Below are positions 1-7,739 of a stretch of 50,672 nucleotides of DNA, in pieces. The notes under the pieces were generated by a model. It did no database searches, was not told where the DNA came from, and worked only from the letters and a program-made list of their open reading frames with translations. The stretch's first letter is position 1; every line of letters begins with the position of its first letter. The DNA is from a virus (lineage: Duplodnaviria > Caudoviricetes): IMG/VR virus record IMGVR_UViG_3300044516_000053, positions 1-50,672 of that record. One strand, written 5' to 3'. A program made the translations under genes and the position numbers.

Positions 1-241
1 CCCGTCCAAGATCAATCGCTCGGGGGTCGAACAACCTCGCCCAGATGGCATGAGCATCAGCGGGTCGATGGCGTGGTGGGCTAAGACGGATTGCGGGATC
101 ACGGTCCACAGGAAAGAGGGGCCTGTGGTGGAAATCGCCTGCTGGAAGTCCCGCTATAGGTGGGTGGGGACTCAGGGCGAGACTACGCTGCTGTACAACA
201 AAACATCCGGGACATACTCAGAGAACCTAGACCAGTTCTAA
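1..241 (+). CDS. Primase-helicase (T7 gp4/Twinkle-like DnaB family), C-terminal fragment
   Basis: Frame is open from base 2: PSKINRSG..P..MSISGSMAWWAKTDCGITVHR...WKSRYRWVGTQG. This matches the SF4 helicase H3/H4 pattern (xISGS..W..K.D....VHR; K.R....G..G). Confidence 0.75.
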   Translation, partial: PSKINRSGVEQPRPDGMSISGSMAWWAKTDCGITVHRKEGPVVEIACWKSRYRWVGTQGETTLLYNKTSGTYSENLDQF

Positions 242-243
242 AG

Positions 244-269
244 AAAAAAGGGGGCCAGTTGGCCCCCTT
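244..269. terminator. Intrinsic terminator between convergent genes
   Basis: AAGGGGGCCA-GT-TGGCCCCCTT hairpin. A6 at 244-249 gives a U-tract on the minus strand. Lies between the stops of the helicase (+) and the leftward operon (-). Confidence 0.8.
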
Positions 270-495
270 ATCGTTTGCAGTGAGCGGCATAGACCGCATC
301 GATCATGGACTTGTAGTGTCCACGTCGAACCCTCCCATCCTTCGTTTTCTTGAACACGTACAGCAACCCTCCCGCGCTTTCGATGTAAACGCTACCGGGT
401 TTGATGTACGGCTCACTGGTGCGCTCGACTAAGTTGGTGTAGCGGGGATCGAAGTCCCCGACAATTTTAATGAGCGGGTACATCCCTACTCTCAT
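268..495 (-). CDS. Hypothetical phage protein (75 aa, MRVGMYPLIK...)
   Basis: Distal part of ORF 268..663. ATG at 495 overlaps the end of the upstream gene, and the ORF ends at the terminator. Confidence 0.55.
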   Translation of the reverse strand: MRVGMYPLIKIVGDFDPRYTNLVERTSEPYIKPGSVYIESAGGLLYVFKKTKDGRVRRGHYKSMIDAVYAAHCKR

Positions 496-673
496 CAGTT
501 GCCCATGCCGCCTCGGGTAGCTCGGCGGCTGGCATCTTCCCGTCCAGCTTGCGCGCAGATTTAAACGCAACAAGGGTATGGTAGGCAAACTTAGCTGCGC
601 GTCTTGCGTTGGGGTCCAAAGCCTCACTGTTCCACAACGTGTCGAGCCCGTACAGAACGTCATCTACGGTCAT
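467..673 (-). CDS. Hypothetical phage protein (MTVDDVLYG...)
   Basis: ATG at 673 is coupled (TGATG) to the stop of the upstream small gene and preceded by GGAGG. Confidence 0.6.
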   Translation of the reverse strand: MTVDDVLYGLDTLWNSEALDPNARRAAKFAYHTLVAFKSARKLDGKMPAAELPEAAWATDESRDVPAH

Positions 674-768
674 CAGGGCCTCCAGACAAACAGGTCCAAC
701 AGCAGGACGATCACGCACAACAGCATCACGATGCGCTCGACGCGCTCGACAGGGGTCCACGGGTTCAT
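673..768 (-). CDS. 31-aa single-TM peptide MNPWTPVERVERIVMLLCVIVLLLDLFVWRP
   Basis: Below the ORF-track cutoff. Strong SD (GGAGGTGCAGC-ATG), ATGA overlap with the upstream gene, hydrophobic core. Confidence 0.7.
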   Translation of the reverse strand: MNPWTPVERVERIVMLLCVIVLLLDLFVWRP

Positions 769-1106
769 GCTGCACCTCCCGCCTTGGCGATGGCATCAGC
801 AATCACCTGCGCGGCAGCCCGGCGCATCTCGGCAACCCTGCGGCATTGCGCTGCGCTGCCACGCATCCCGCGCTCATCATTTAGCCGGGCCAAAGAATCA
901 TCCTTCTCCGCGCAAGCTTGGACATGGGGCAGGGCGAGGCGCAGCGCAGCCAGCAGGTCAGGCGCAGCATTCATCAGGCGCAGGTCATCATAGGTAACGT
1001 CATTCAAAGGGATACGGGCGACAGGGTGCCCCTGCTCTGATTCAATCGACCAGTTGTAGGTCAGGGGCTTGGCGATCCACGGGCCGGGGGTATGGGCAAA
1101 TGCCAT
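765..1106 (-). CDS. Conserved phage protein with HTPGPW ... L(M/I)xAAPDLLxAL motifs
   Basis: HTPGPW at the N-terminus and RLMNAAPDLLAAL form a motif pair common in phage early regions. SD GGAG upstream of ATG 1106. Confidence 0.75.
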   Translation of the reverse strand: MAFAHTPGPWIAKPLTYNWSIESEQGHPVARIPLNDVTYDDLRLMNAAPDLLAALRLALPHVQACAEKDDSLARLNDERGMRGSAAQCRRVAEMRRAAAQVIADAIAKAGGAA

Positions 1107-1108
1107 CT

Positions 1109-1270
1109 TCAATCTCCGTTTAAATGAATACGTTGTTCCGCGAGCGCGAGCCAGCGGTCAAAGAACTCGCAGCCTGCATCGCAAAGCACGGGCACGTCGG
1201 CAAAGGGTGCAATGCAGAGCAGCGCGAGGTAGTTGACGAATTGGGAGTAGGCCTCCCCCTCGGTCCTCAT
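1109..1270 (-). CDS. Hypothetical 53-aa protein (MRTEGEAYSQFVNYLALLC...)
   Basis: Translated by hand. Begins at the GGGGGTGCAGCATGA junction and fills the gap between its neighbours. Confidence 0.55.
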   Translation of the reverse strand: MRTEGEAYSQFVNYLALLCIAPFADVPVLCDAGCEFFDRWLALAEQRIHLNGD

Positions 1271-1608
1271 GCTGCACCCCCAATCGAATCAGGCACCTCG
1301 ACCTCGTCTCCGAGTCGGGATGCGACATAGCAGCGCATCGCTGCGATGAGGGGAGTGGGGCCATCCTCAAACACCGTCATGAAGTGCGGGGCTGTAGCCT
1401 TGCTGGCGGTCCAGCCCGTGTCCTCATAGGTGCGGCGCACCGCAATCTCCTCCCGCTCAATGATCGGGCCACCTTGCGCCCAATCGTAGGAATACCCGCA
1501 CTCGTTACGGAAGTTCCGCCAAACCTCCTCGAAATTGATTTCGTAGTTAGCTCGGACAACCGCCCAATCAAGGGCGAGGTCTTTCAGTTCGCTGGTTTTG
1601 ATCTTCAT
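1267..1608 (-). CDS. DUF2591/NinX-like phage protein
   Basis: MKIKTSEL...LDWAV, YSxDWAQGGPIIERExI and GPTPLIAAMRCYVASRLGDEVEVP are typical of this family. Confidence 0.75.
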   Translation of the reverse strand: MKIKTSELKDLALDWAVVRANYEINFEEVWRNFRNECGYSYDWAQGGPIIEREEIAVRRTYEDTGWTASKATAPHFMTVFEDGPTPLIAAMRCYVASRLGDEVEVPDSIGGAA

Positions 1609-1796
1609 GCTGCACCTCCAGCGTGTTCTTCAATTTCCTCGACGTGTTCAATGTCCCAATAAGAATCAGAGACAGCAGTCGCGCCGCCGCGCTCGACCTT
1701 ATCCCATGCCATCCCTTTCGCGGTCTCCTCATCCTTGGCCTCGACAAAAACAGTGCAATAGCTGTAACGCACCAATGTAACTTGATAGCTCTTCAC
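1605..1796 (-). CDS. Small acidic phage protein (DpnD/PcfM-like pattern)
   Basis: MKSYQVTL...TVFVEAKDEETA pattern. SD AGGAGAG upstream of GTG. Confidence 0.6.
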   Translation of the reverse strand: MKSYQVTLVRYSYCTVFVEAKDEETAKGMAWDKVERGGATAVSDSYWDIEHVEEIEEHAGGAA

Positions 1797-1807
1797 GTTG
1801 TCTCTCC

Positions 1808-1838
1808 TAAAAAAGCACCCGGTATCCGACCGGGGGCG
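1808..1838 (-). terminator. Intrinsic terminator after the vWA gene
   Basis: Minus strand reads GCCCCCGGT-CGGAT-ACCGGGTGC followed by a T-run. Confidence 0.65.
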
Positions 1839-1844
1839 GGGCAG

Positions 1845-3470
1845 TCAGACTGCCAGCTTGATAGATTTAAACGAAGCAGACCCAAGGTCCGAGACGTTGT
1901 TTACCCTGACGCTCTGGGGGTAGACGCGAGACACGTCCAGACGGATGCCGATCCCCACAGTGGTGATGCCCATCGCCTCGCCAGCGTGGACCTGTTGGGA
2001 CGTGGCCTGCGTCTGTCCGCAGCCGTCCGTCAGGACAATCAGCACCTTGCGCTCCTCTGGTCGTTGGGCCAGCAGCTTGTGGGCGTAGCGCACCGCGAAA
2101 AAGTCATTGGTGCCACCAGAAGCGCTCACAGTGGACAGGGCCTCAATGCCCTTGGCCTTGCGGTCCGTCCAGTCTTTGACCACGCTTGTCACGGTGCCGA
2201 ACGATAGTACGCAGGTCTTGACCTGAGCCCGGTCCAACGTGTCCAGCAGGGCGGCGCAGCACTCGACGGCGGGGCCAAGCAGCCGATCACTTTCCATGGA
2301 CTCGGACACGTCCAGCAGGATGACCACCGCAGAATCGACACCGTCCACCTCGCTGCGGCGCTTGAACAGCTTGTCGCTGGTGCCGATGCGGGACAGGGAG
2401 TTAACGTCCACAGACCCGGCCTTGCGACGTAGACCGAACTCGACCCGGGCACTGTTGTCAAACAGGCGCTTGAGGTTGTAGCGCAGGGCACCGGGCACCG
2501 TCACGTCCACTTTGTGCTGCCCGTTGCCGACGTGGTAGCCCTTGCGGGACAGGCCAGTGACCTCGCAGTAGCTCCCATAGAACCCGCCCTTGCCCTCACC
2601 GTCCGGGGACTCGACAGCAGGCTCGACGGTGCGGTAGTCCTCATAGCCCGTAGGAGCCCTTGCAGGGCCGGGTTGGGGGGTAGGGCTACCCTTGCCCTTT
2701 TCATCGCCTCCTGCGTCCTTCTGGGGGTCTTCCTGACCCTCTCCCTCGCCACCGTCGCCCTCGCCACCTTCACCGTCGCCCTCGCCACCGTCGCCCTCGT
2801 CCGGGTTGCCGGGCTGCGGTTTAGGTCGCGGCTTGGGCTGCGGGTTGTCTGGCAGGGCCATCAGTTGGGACTCGACCCACTGCGCGATCTTCAGCGCGTC
2901 ATCACTGTTGGCGCACGATTTAAACTGAGCGGCGGCACCAGCAAAGATCACGTCCAGACCGGGGGCCAGCGGCACCTTGACGGCGGCGTGGTCCCGCAGG
3001 TAGACAGCGAGGGCGAACGGGTACTGCTCCGGGGCTGACCAGTCAGTCACCTCACGCAGGGCCTCGCTCACCATGCCACCGATCAGCGTGGTGAACAGGG
3101 ATTCGATGTTGCCAGTGAGCCCGGAGCGGATAGCGCGGCGCTCAATGTAGGCATCCTCGACTGCGTTGTGCAGTTGACGCAGGAGCGGGGTGCCATGCTT
3201 CGCGGCAGACAGGGACACCCAATGGGTGTACGCATGATGGCAAAGCTCATGGGCACCCATGCCACAGTAGCGCACCAGTGTCGCGTGATCGACGCGACTG
3301 TCATCCGCCACGTCCGCCAGCAGGATGGTCCCGCTCACGTCGATAGCGGCGGTCTGGATGCGCTTGGTCCACTCGACCCGAATGGGGGTCAGGTCAAGGG
3401 CGGTATTGACCTTGCCGAGAATTTCCTCGACGGCGGCGCGGAACTCGGAGCCAGAGTAAAAAGCTTTCAT
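1845..3470 (-). CDS. CobT-like protein: N-terminal HEXXH metallopeptidase-like domain, acidic Gly/Pro linker, C-terminal vWA
   Basis: AHELCH...HNAVEDAYIE, GEGDG linker repeats, MIDAS DVSES, GGTND, LIVLTDG. Likely start is ATG 3470 (MKAFYSG) with SD GAGG. Confidence 0.85.
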   Translation of the reverse strand: MKAFYSGSEFRAAVEEILGKVNTALDLTPIRVEWTKRIQTAAIDVSGTILLADVADDSRVDHATLVRYCGMGAHELCHHAYTHWVSLSAAKHGTPLLRQLHNAVEDAYIERRAIRSGLTGNIESLFTTLIGGMVSEALREVTDWSAPEQYPFALAVYLRDHAAVKVPLAPGLDVIFAGAAAQFKSCANSDDALKIAQWVESQLMALPDNPQPKPRPKPQPGNPDEGDGGEGDGEGGEGDGGEGEGQEDPQKDAGGDEKGKGSPTPQPGPARAPTGYEDYRTVEPAVESPDGEGKGGFYGSYCEVTGLSRKGYHVGNGQHKVDVTVPGALRYNLKRLFDNSARVEFGLRRKAGSVDVNSLSRIGTSDKLFKRRSEVDGVDSAVVILLDVSESMESDRLLGPAVECCAALLDTLDRAQVKTCVLSFGTVTSVVKDWTDRKAKGIEALSTVSASGGTNDFFAVRYAHKLLAQRPEERKVLIVLTDGCGQTQATSQQVHAGEAMGITTVGIGIRLDVSRVYPQSVRVNNVSDLGSASFKSIKLAV

Positions 3471-3478
3471 GATTGACC

Positions 3479-4879
3479 TCACAGATTTTTTGCGATGGTT
3501 TCGCGGGACAGGCAGGTTTCGAAGATGCCACGCAGGACGGCGTGGCACTCGGACGGTTGACGGGCCACGACAGCAGCCTCCCATGCGTCATCCGGGGGCA
3601 GGACACGCAGGGCACGGATGAAGGCCATCGCCGAACGAATCGACGGCGCGTCGGTGATCTCGGCAGTGGTCACCTTGGACCGGGCCACCACAATGGCGGC
3701 GTGGACGTGCCGGGCCAGTGCGGGGGAGCAGCCAGTGTGCTGCGCGAGGGCCTTGATCTCCTGATCAGCAGGCAGGAATTTAAACGCGATCACCCGGGCG
3801 AAGCGGTCAACCAGCGCCGAGTTTTGATTGCGCGTCCCGGCGTAGCGACCCGAGTCATCACCCGAACCGAACGTGTTATCGGCTGCGAAGCAGAGAACAC
3901 CGGGGGCGCGGACGTGCGGCTGGCCCCCGAACGACACGCAAGCTTTCGGTTCCAGAAAACCGTTCAAGGGTGCCAGTTCGCCGGGGTCTGCGTTGGTGAT
4001 CTCGTCCAGCAGGATCACGCTCGACGGGCAGGTGTACGCCAGCAAAAAGTCCTTCTTTTCAAAGACTGTCTCGCCGTCCTTCAGGCCCACCGCGCCGACG
4101 TATTCCTCCGCAGCCGTGAACTTGTGAAAGTTGATGCGTGTAAACGCACGTCCGGTCCGGGCTGCAAACTGCCGGGCGGTCTCCGACTTACCCGTGCCTT
4201 TGTCACCCCCGAACCAGAGGTTCTCGCCTGTCTGCTGAGACAGCAGCAGGTGACGCAGGATGCCCTCGGTCCAAATAAAGTCAGGGTCCACGGCGGGGGC
4301 CTGCGGGTGATTCCAAACCTCTACGGTCATCGGTGCGCCCGTCATATCCAGCACGTCGATGCCGAACACGTCCACGGCGGGGCAGGTCCGCACGACGTGG
4401 ACGGCGGACAGGTCCGCGACTGCGGTCTGAGCACCAGCGGCCTCGACTGCGGTCTTGAAGGGGGCGAATGCATCCGCGATGGCGCGGGTGACGGCGGCAT
4501 TGATCTCGTCGCGCTCGACTGCCGGGGTCTGGGCGGCAAGCTTGTCGGACAGGGTGTTGACCATCGCCGCGACGTTCGTCACCGAATCCTTCACCGTCTT
4601 GATTGCAGCGACTGCATCAAGGGCAATCGACTCCGCCCGGCCTGCGACAGCAGCAGCAGCCGCCACGGCGGCGGTGTCCTGCTTGGGGGCAGGGGCAGCA
4701 GGGGTAGCAGGCAGCACGTCCGCCACGGCGATGGCACCGGAATAGATGCGGTCAGCGAGCCACCTAGCGGCGGCCTGCTTGCTACCGCCAACCGAGCCAC
4801 CGAATCGGTTCAGAGTTGCGGTGAGGACGGGGGTCGGCAGGGCCGTGATTTGGGTGACTAGGGCGTCATGGGACAGCAT
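3479..4879 (-). CDS. MoxR/CbbQ/CobS-like AAA+ ATPase with N-terminal extension
   Basis: Walker A GDKGTGKS, Walker B ILLDEI, AADNT, NSALVDRF arginine finger, SIRS sensor II. Adjacent to its vWA partner. Confidence 0.9.
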   Translation of the reverse strand: MLSHDALVTQITALPTPVLTATLNRFGGSVGGSKQAAARWLADRIYSGAIAVADVLPATPAAPAPKQDTAAVAAAAAVAGRAESIALDAVAAIKTVKDSVTNVAAMVNTLSDKLAAQTPAVERDEINAAVTRAIADAFAPFKTAVEAAGAQTAVADLSAVHVVRTCPAVDVFGIDVLDMTGAPMTVEVWNHPQAPAVDPDFIWTEGILRHLLLSQQTGENLWFGGDKGTGKSETARQFAARTGRAFTRINFHKFTAAEEYVGAVGLKDGETVFEKKDFLLAYTCPSSVILLDEITNADPGELAPLNGFLEPKACVSFGGQPHVRAPGVLCFAADNTFGSGDDSGRYAGTRNQNSALVDRFARVIAFKFLPADQEIKALAQHTGCSPALARHVHAAIVVARSKVTTAEITDAPSIRSAMAFIRALRVLPPDDAWEAAVVARQPSECHAVLRGIFETCLSRETIAKNL

Positions 4880-4893
4880 GATTGTTCTCCGAT

Positions 4894-5481
4894 TTAAACG
4901 TTGTGAAGGGTGTCACCGCAGGGGCAGGTCGGCAGGCCAGCAGCGACCCACTTGGCAGTGGTGCGGACGGTGTACCCGCAGGACGGGCAGCAAAGCTTGA
5001 GCATCCGGGTCGGCTGGACCTTGGTCTCCGCGCCGGGCACTAGCTCGGCATGGGCATAGTCCCCGAGGGCGGTCAGTGTGGCGGCATGGTCGGACGCAAA
5101 GGTGCTGTTGCCCTTCGTGGACTTCCACGCCTGCTTCCCGCCACCGCAGGCAACCAGACCCATGTCGGCGGCGACCCGCTGAAAGGCGATGCCGTGATTC
5201 ATGGCCCCGGCAGTGGCATGGCAAAGCTCATGCACCAGCACCTCCAGCACCGCCAGAGGGTTTGCCAGCACCGGGCTGATCATAATTTCGATGGTCTTAT
5301 CCGCCGAGGCAGTGCTGGCCCAACATTGACCAATGGCCTTGGACCGACGGGCGTGGAGCGGGAAACCGCAGGTCACGCGGATCGCCAGCGGCAGGGGTTT
5401 GTTCAGCGCGTCGAAGGACGGACGCAGCAGGTCAGTGGCGGCAGTGAGCCACGCCTCACGGGTATGGTGAATCAGGGACAT
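4894..5481 (-). CDS. SprT-like zinc metallopeptidase with C-terminal Zn ribbon
   Basis: VLVHELCH...HGIAF motif and C-terminal CPSCG...CPCG. Confidence 0.8.
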   Translation of the reverse strand: MSLIHHTREAWLTAATDLLRPSFDALNKPLPLAIRVTCGFPLHARRSKAIGQCWASTASADKTIEIMISPVLANPLAVLEVLVHELCHATAGAMNHGIAFQRVAADMGLVACGGGKQAWKSTKGNSTFASDHAATLTALGDYAHAELVPGAETKVQPTRMLKLCCPSCGYTVRTTAKWVAAGLPTCPCGDTLHNV

Positions 5482-5502
5482 AGTTTTCTCCGGGGGTTGT
5501 TG

Positions 5503-5817
5503 TCAGGCGAGGGTTGCGCGGGGGGTATGCAGACCGTGCGCGGTATGGGCGCAGGCCCGGGCGGCGGCGAGGTATGCACCTGCTTCGCTTGTGTACAGGC
5601 AGGGCTTGCCGTTGCTGTAGCGGAGGGTCCAGACATAGTCGGGCTTCCCGTCCACGTTGCGGCGGGTTGCCTGCGCGATCCATCGCTCGGACTGATCGGC
5701 GGCAGCTTGGGCCTGCTGCAAGGCATTCGGGTCATTGGCCCGTAGGTGTTGCAGGATCACGTTGTCGTTCAGCAGCACCATCAGCGCGTTTCTCAGGGCG
5801 GTTTCCGTTTTGGTCAT
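5503..5817 (-). CDS. Hypothetical phage protein (MTKTETALRN...)
   Basis: SD CCGGAGAAC upstream of ATG 5817. Confidence 0.65.
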   Translation of the reverse strand: MTKTETALRNALMVLLNDNVILQHLRANDPNALQQAQAAADQSERWIAQATRRNVDGKPDYVWTLRYSNGKPCLYTSEAGAYLAAARACAHTAHGLHTPRATLA

Positions 5818-5846
5818 AGGTTCTCCGGTTGGTTGAAGGGGGGACA

Positions 5847-5883
5847 GCACTCCAATGCCCTCTGGGGGAGGGCATCAGGCTGC
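5847..5883 (-). repeat. 37-nt structured repeat, copy 1
   Basis: Minus strand GCAGCCTGATGC-CCTC-CCCCA-GAGG-GCATTGGAGTGC. Intergenic; paralog at 6164-6200. Confidence 0.85.
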
Positions 5884-5885
5884 GG

Positions 5886-6137
5886 TCAGACGTTGCCGAC
5901 GTGGGCTGCGTCGGATAGCAGGAATGCGGCGGAGCCGCTTCCGGTCCAGCCGCCAGCGAGGGGGCCATGCCAGCCGAGTACATCGCACAGTTCGATGGCA
6001 GCCTCCGCATAAGCGGCGATGCCGCTCAGTTCGTTCGGGAAGGGGATGGTGACACCCTTGAAGGTGCCGCACGCCGCCTTTAGTCGGGCAGGTTGCGTGG
6101 CAGTAGAGGGCAGGTACTTGACGGTGATAGCTTCCAC
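5886..6137 (-). CDS. Hypothetical phage protein (MEAITVKYLPSTATQPARLKA...)
   Basis: GTG at 6137 with SD CCGGAGAAC. First gene of the leftward operon. Confidence 0.65.
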   Translation of the reverse strand: MEAITVKYLPSTATQPARLKAACGTFKGVTIPFPNELSGIAAYAEAAIELCDVLGWHGPLAGGWTGSGSAAFLLSDAAHVGNV

Positions 6138-6163
6138 AGTGTTCTCCGGGTTACGTGCGGGAT

Positions 6164-6200
6164 GCACTCCAATGCGTCCCAGAGGGGCGCATCAGGCTGC
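6164..6200 (-). repeat. 37-nt structured repeat, copy 2
   Basis: Minus strand GCAGCCTGATGC-GCCCC-TCT-GGGAC-GCATTGGAGTGC. The 12-nt flanks are identical to copy 1; the core differs but still pairs. Confidence 0.85.
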
Positions 6201-6444
6201 AAGCAGCTCTTACATATGTAAGCGGATGTTTTGTTGTCTACCGCGCCAGTAGCACGGTGCAGGTCGTATCACCTGCCTGAATTGAACCCGTTGCCGGGGA
6301 AGACTTGCGTCTTTTACCTCCTCAGACCGACCATATACAGGGCCGTTCTGTACCGGACTCCACCGGGGGGTCCAGCACTGAAGGGGCTGGCACCTGTAGG
6401 TTCGATCACCTTTGCCTCACTAGCTAGTGCTAGGGCATGGCGTG

Positions 6445-6474
6445 ACTGTAGCACTAGTTGCCCGTGTAAAGCAA
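6445..6474 (-). promoter_or_regulatory. Candidate sigma70 promoter for the leftward operon
   Basis: Minus strand TTGCTT-N18-TACAGT with extended -10 TG (TGcTACAGT). Confidence 0.45.
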
Positions 6475-6647
6475 TACCCGAGTGGAATGTGGGGGAATAG
6501 CCCGGGACGGCTAGGGACTGTGACTCTCTATATAGAGGGCAACGGTCACCAGTGGGAGGCGCTGAAAGGGGTTCAGGCGGGGGAGGTATAGGGTCAGTTC
6601 AGACAGGGCCTGCAAGGCCCGGTTGCAATAGGAAAGTTCTAGGTAGG

Positions 6648-6698
6648 TTATCCACAGGGGTGTGGATAAGATCAGAGTTATCCACAGGGTGTGGACAA
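6648..6698. promoter_or_regulatory. Cluster of four DnaA boxes (candidate replication origin)
   Basis: TTATCCACA 6648-6656, TGTGGATAA 6661-6669, TTATCCACA 6678-6686, TGTGGACAA 6690-6698 (1 mismatch). Confidence 0.8.
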
Positions 6699-6838
6699 GT
6701 TTTGTAGTACTTGTTTATTGCAGACAGGGTTTAAAGCGACGAACGGAAGCGGGGTAAGGGGTAGGGTAGTCCGGAGGCTGATAACCTGTTACGATGCGAA
6801 CGTCGTGTACGTTTACACAGTATGGAAGGAATCACAGT

Positions 6839-7495
6839 ATGACGGAGCGGAGCGAGACCCGGGACCGACTGAGGGCGACCAAAGACGAGTATCTAGCAGC
6901 ACTGGAGAGGGCTGCGGAGGATGACGATTTAAACGGGTATGACGGGGGCCCGGAACTGAGCGAAGCGGAACGGTTAGCCCTTCGCGCAGAACCTCCAGTA
7001 ATGAGAGCCGATGGGAGAGTAAGAGGATCAGAGATACCACGTCCAAGGCCACTGACAAGCAGCCAGATAGAGTTCACTAAGGGGCTGATACAGGGGAAGA
7101 CAATGCGTCAGGCCTACCGAGACGCATACCCCAACGCCAAGGGCGACGATAGGACGATCACCGCTGCGGCGTACAGGGTAAGCAGAGACCCAAGGGTGCA
7201 GAAGAGTCTTCAGGACGCATGGGGCGAGACAGTGGAAGTGCTGGCGGAGGACGTGAGTGCCACGAAGCGGTACGTACTGAAAGAGTTGCTTGCACTCAGC
7301 AAAGCAGGCAAGCAGGAAGGGTCTCGGTTGAAAGCACTGGAGTTGATGGGCAGAGCCGCTGGCATGTTCCAGCAGCAGCCAGAAGCGAAGGAGGCGGCAG
7401 TGTCACCAGAGACGCTACGCAGAGAACTGGCTGGACACTTGAAGTTGCTGGACAACGTCAAGCCGATCAGCAAGGCGCAGGTCAGGGAGGGTTAG
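6839..7495 (+). CDS. terS: Terminase small subunit
   Basis: LTSSQIEF..GLIQGKTMRQAYRDAY...AAAYRVSRDPRVQ HTH pattern and RLKALELMG. Upstream of terL; SD GGAAGGA before ATG 6839. Confidence 0.75.
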   Translation: MTERSETRDRLRATKDEYLAALERAAEDDDLNGYDGGPELSEAERLALRAEPPVMRADGRVRGSEIPRPRPLTSSQIEFTKGLIQGKTMRQAYRDAYPNAKGDDRTITAAAYRVSRDPRVQKSLQDAWGETVEVLAEDVSATKRYVLKELLALSKAGKQEGSRLKALELMGRAAGMFQQQPEAKEAAVSPETLRRELAGHLKLLDNVKPISKAQVREG

Positions 7496-7710
7496 CCCCT
7501 CTACGGTCATCAGCGTTTACACGGGCGGAGTGGGCATCAGGTTTGCCGCTGGCGGCGACCCACCGCCCCCCGACCCCCCGCTGGGGCCGCTTACCTCCCC
7601 CTCCCATGCTTACGCTGTAATCCACTCTTCCCATCACATTCCCATAAACACCCCCCCATCACCCGCAAATCACTGACCCCCCGGGGTATATATATTTTGA
7701 TTTACACCCC

Positions 7711-7739
7711 TTGCGAACGTTCGGATTGTGATTTAAACT
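7711..7739 (+). promoter_or_regulatory. Candidate sigma70 promoter overlapping palindrome CGAACGTTCG
   Basis: TTGCGA-N17-TAAACT, palindrome at 7714-7723, ATG at 7746. Confidence 0.45.

Noticed and set aside
2745-2845. Short tandem repeats (TCGCCACCGTCGCCC; PQPKP)
   Set aside because: They encode the ordinary low-complexity GEGDG/Pro linker of CobT-like proteins.
3473-4861. 462-aa plus-strand ORF (and similar ones such as 2514..3038 and 5050..5745)
   Set aside because: Antisense shadow of the AAA+ ATPase and its neighbours in GC-rich DNA; no motifs or RBS.
1845-4879. Cobalamin-biosynthesis (cobS/cobT) auxiliary metabolic genes
   Set aside because: Only generic AAA+ and vWA motifs are seen, with no cobN or other cob genes. 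Phage pairs of this type are not shown to be chelatases.
6200-6830. tRNA or protein-coding gene in the divergent intergenic region (ORFs 6231..6500 and 6691..6924)
   Set aside because: No cloverleaf with a proper T-loop and acceptor stem could be built. The ORFs lack an RBS and overlap the promoter and DnaA-box elements.
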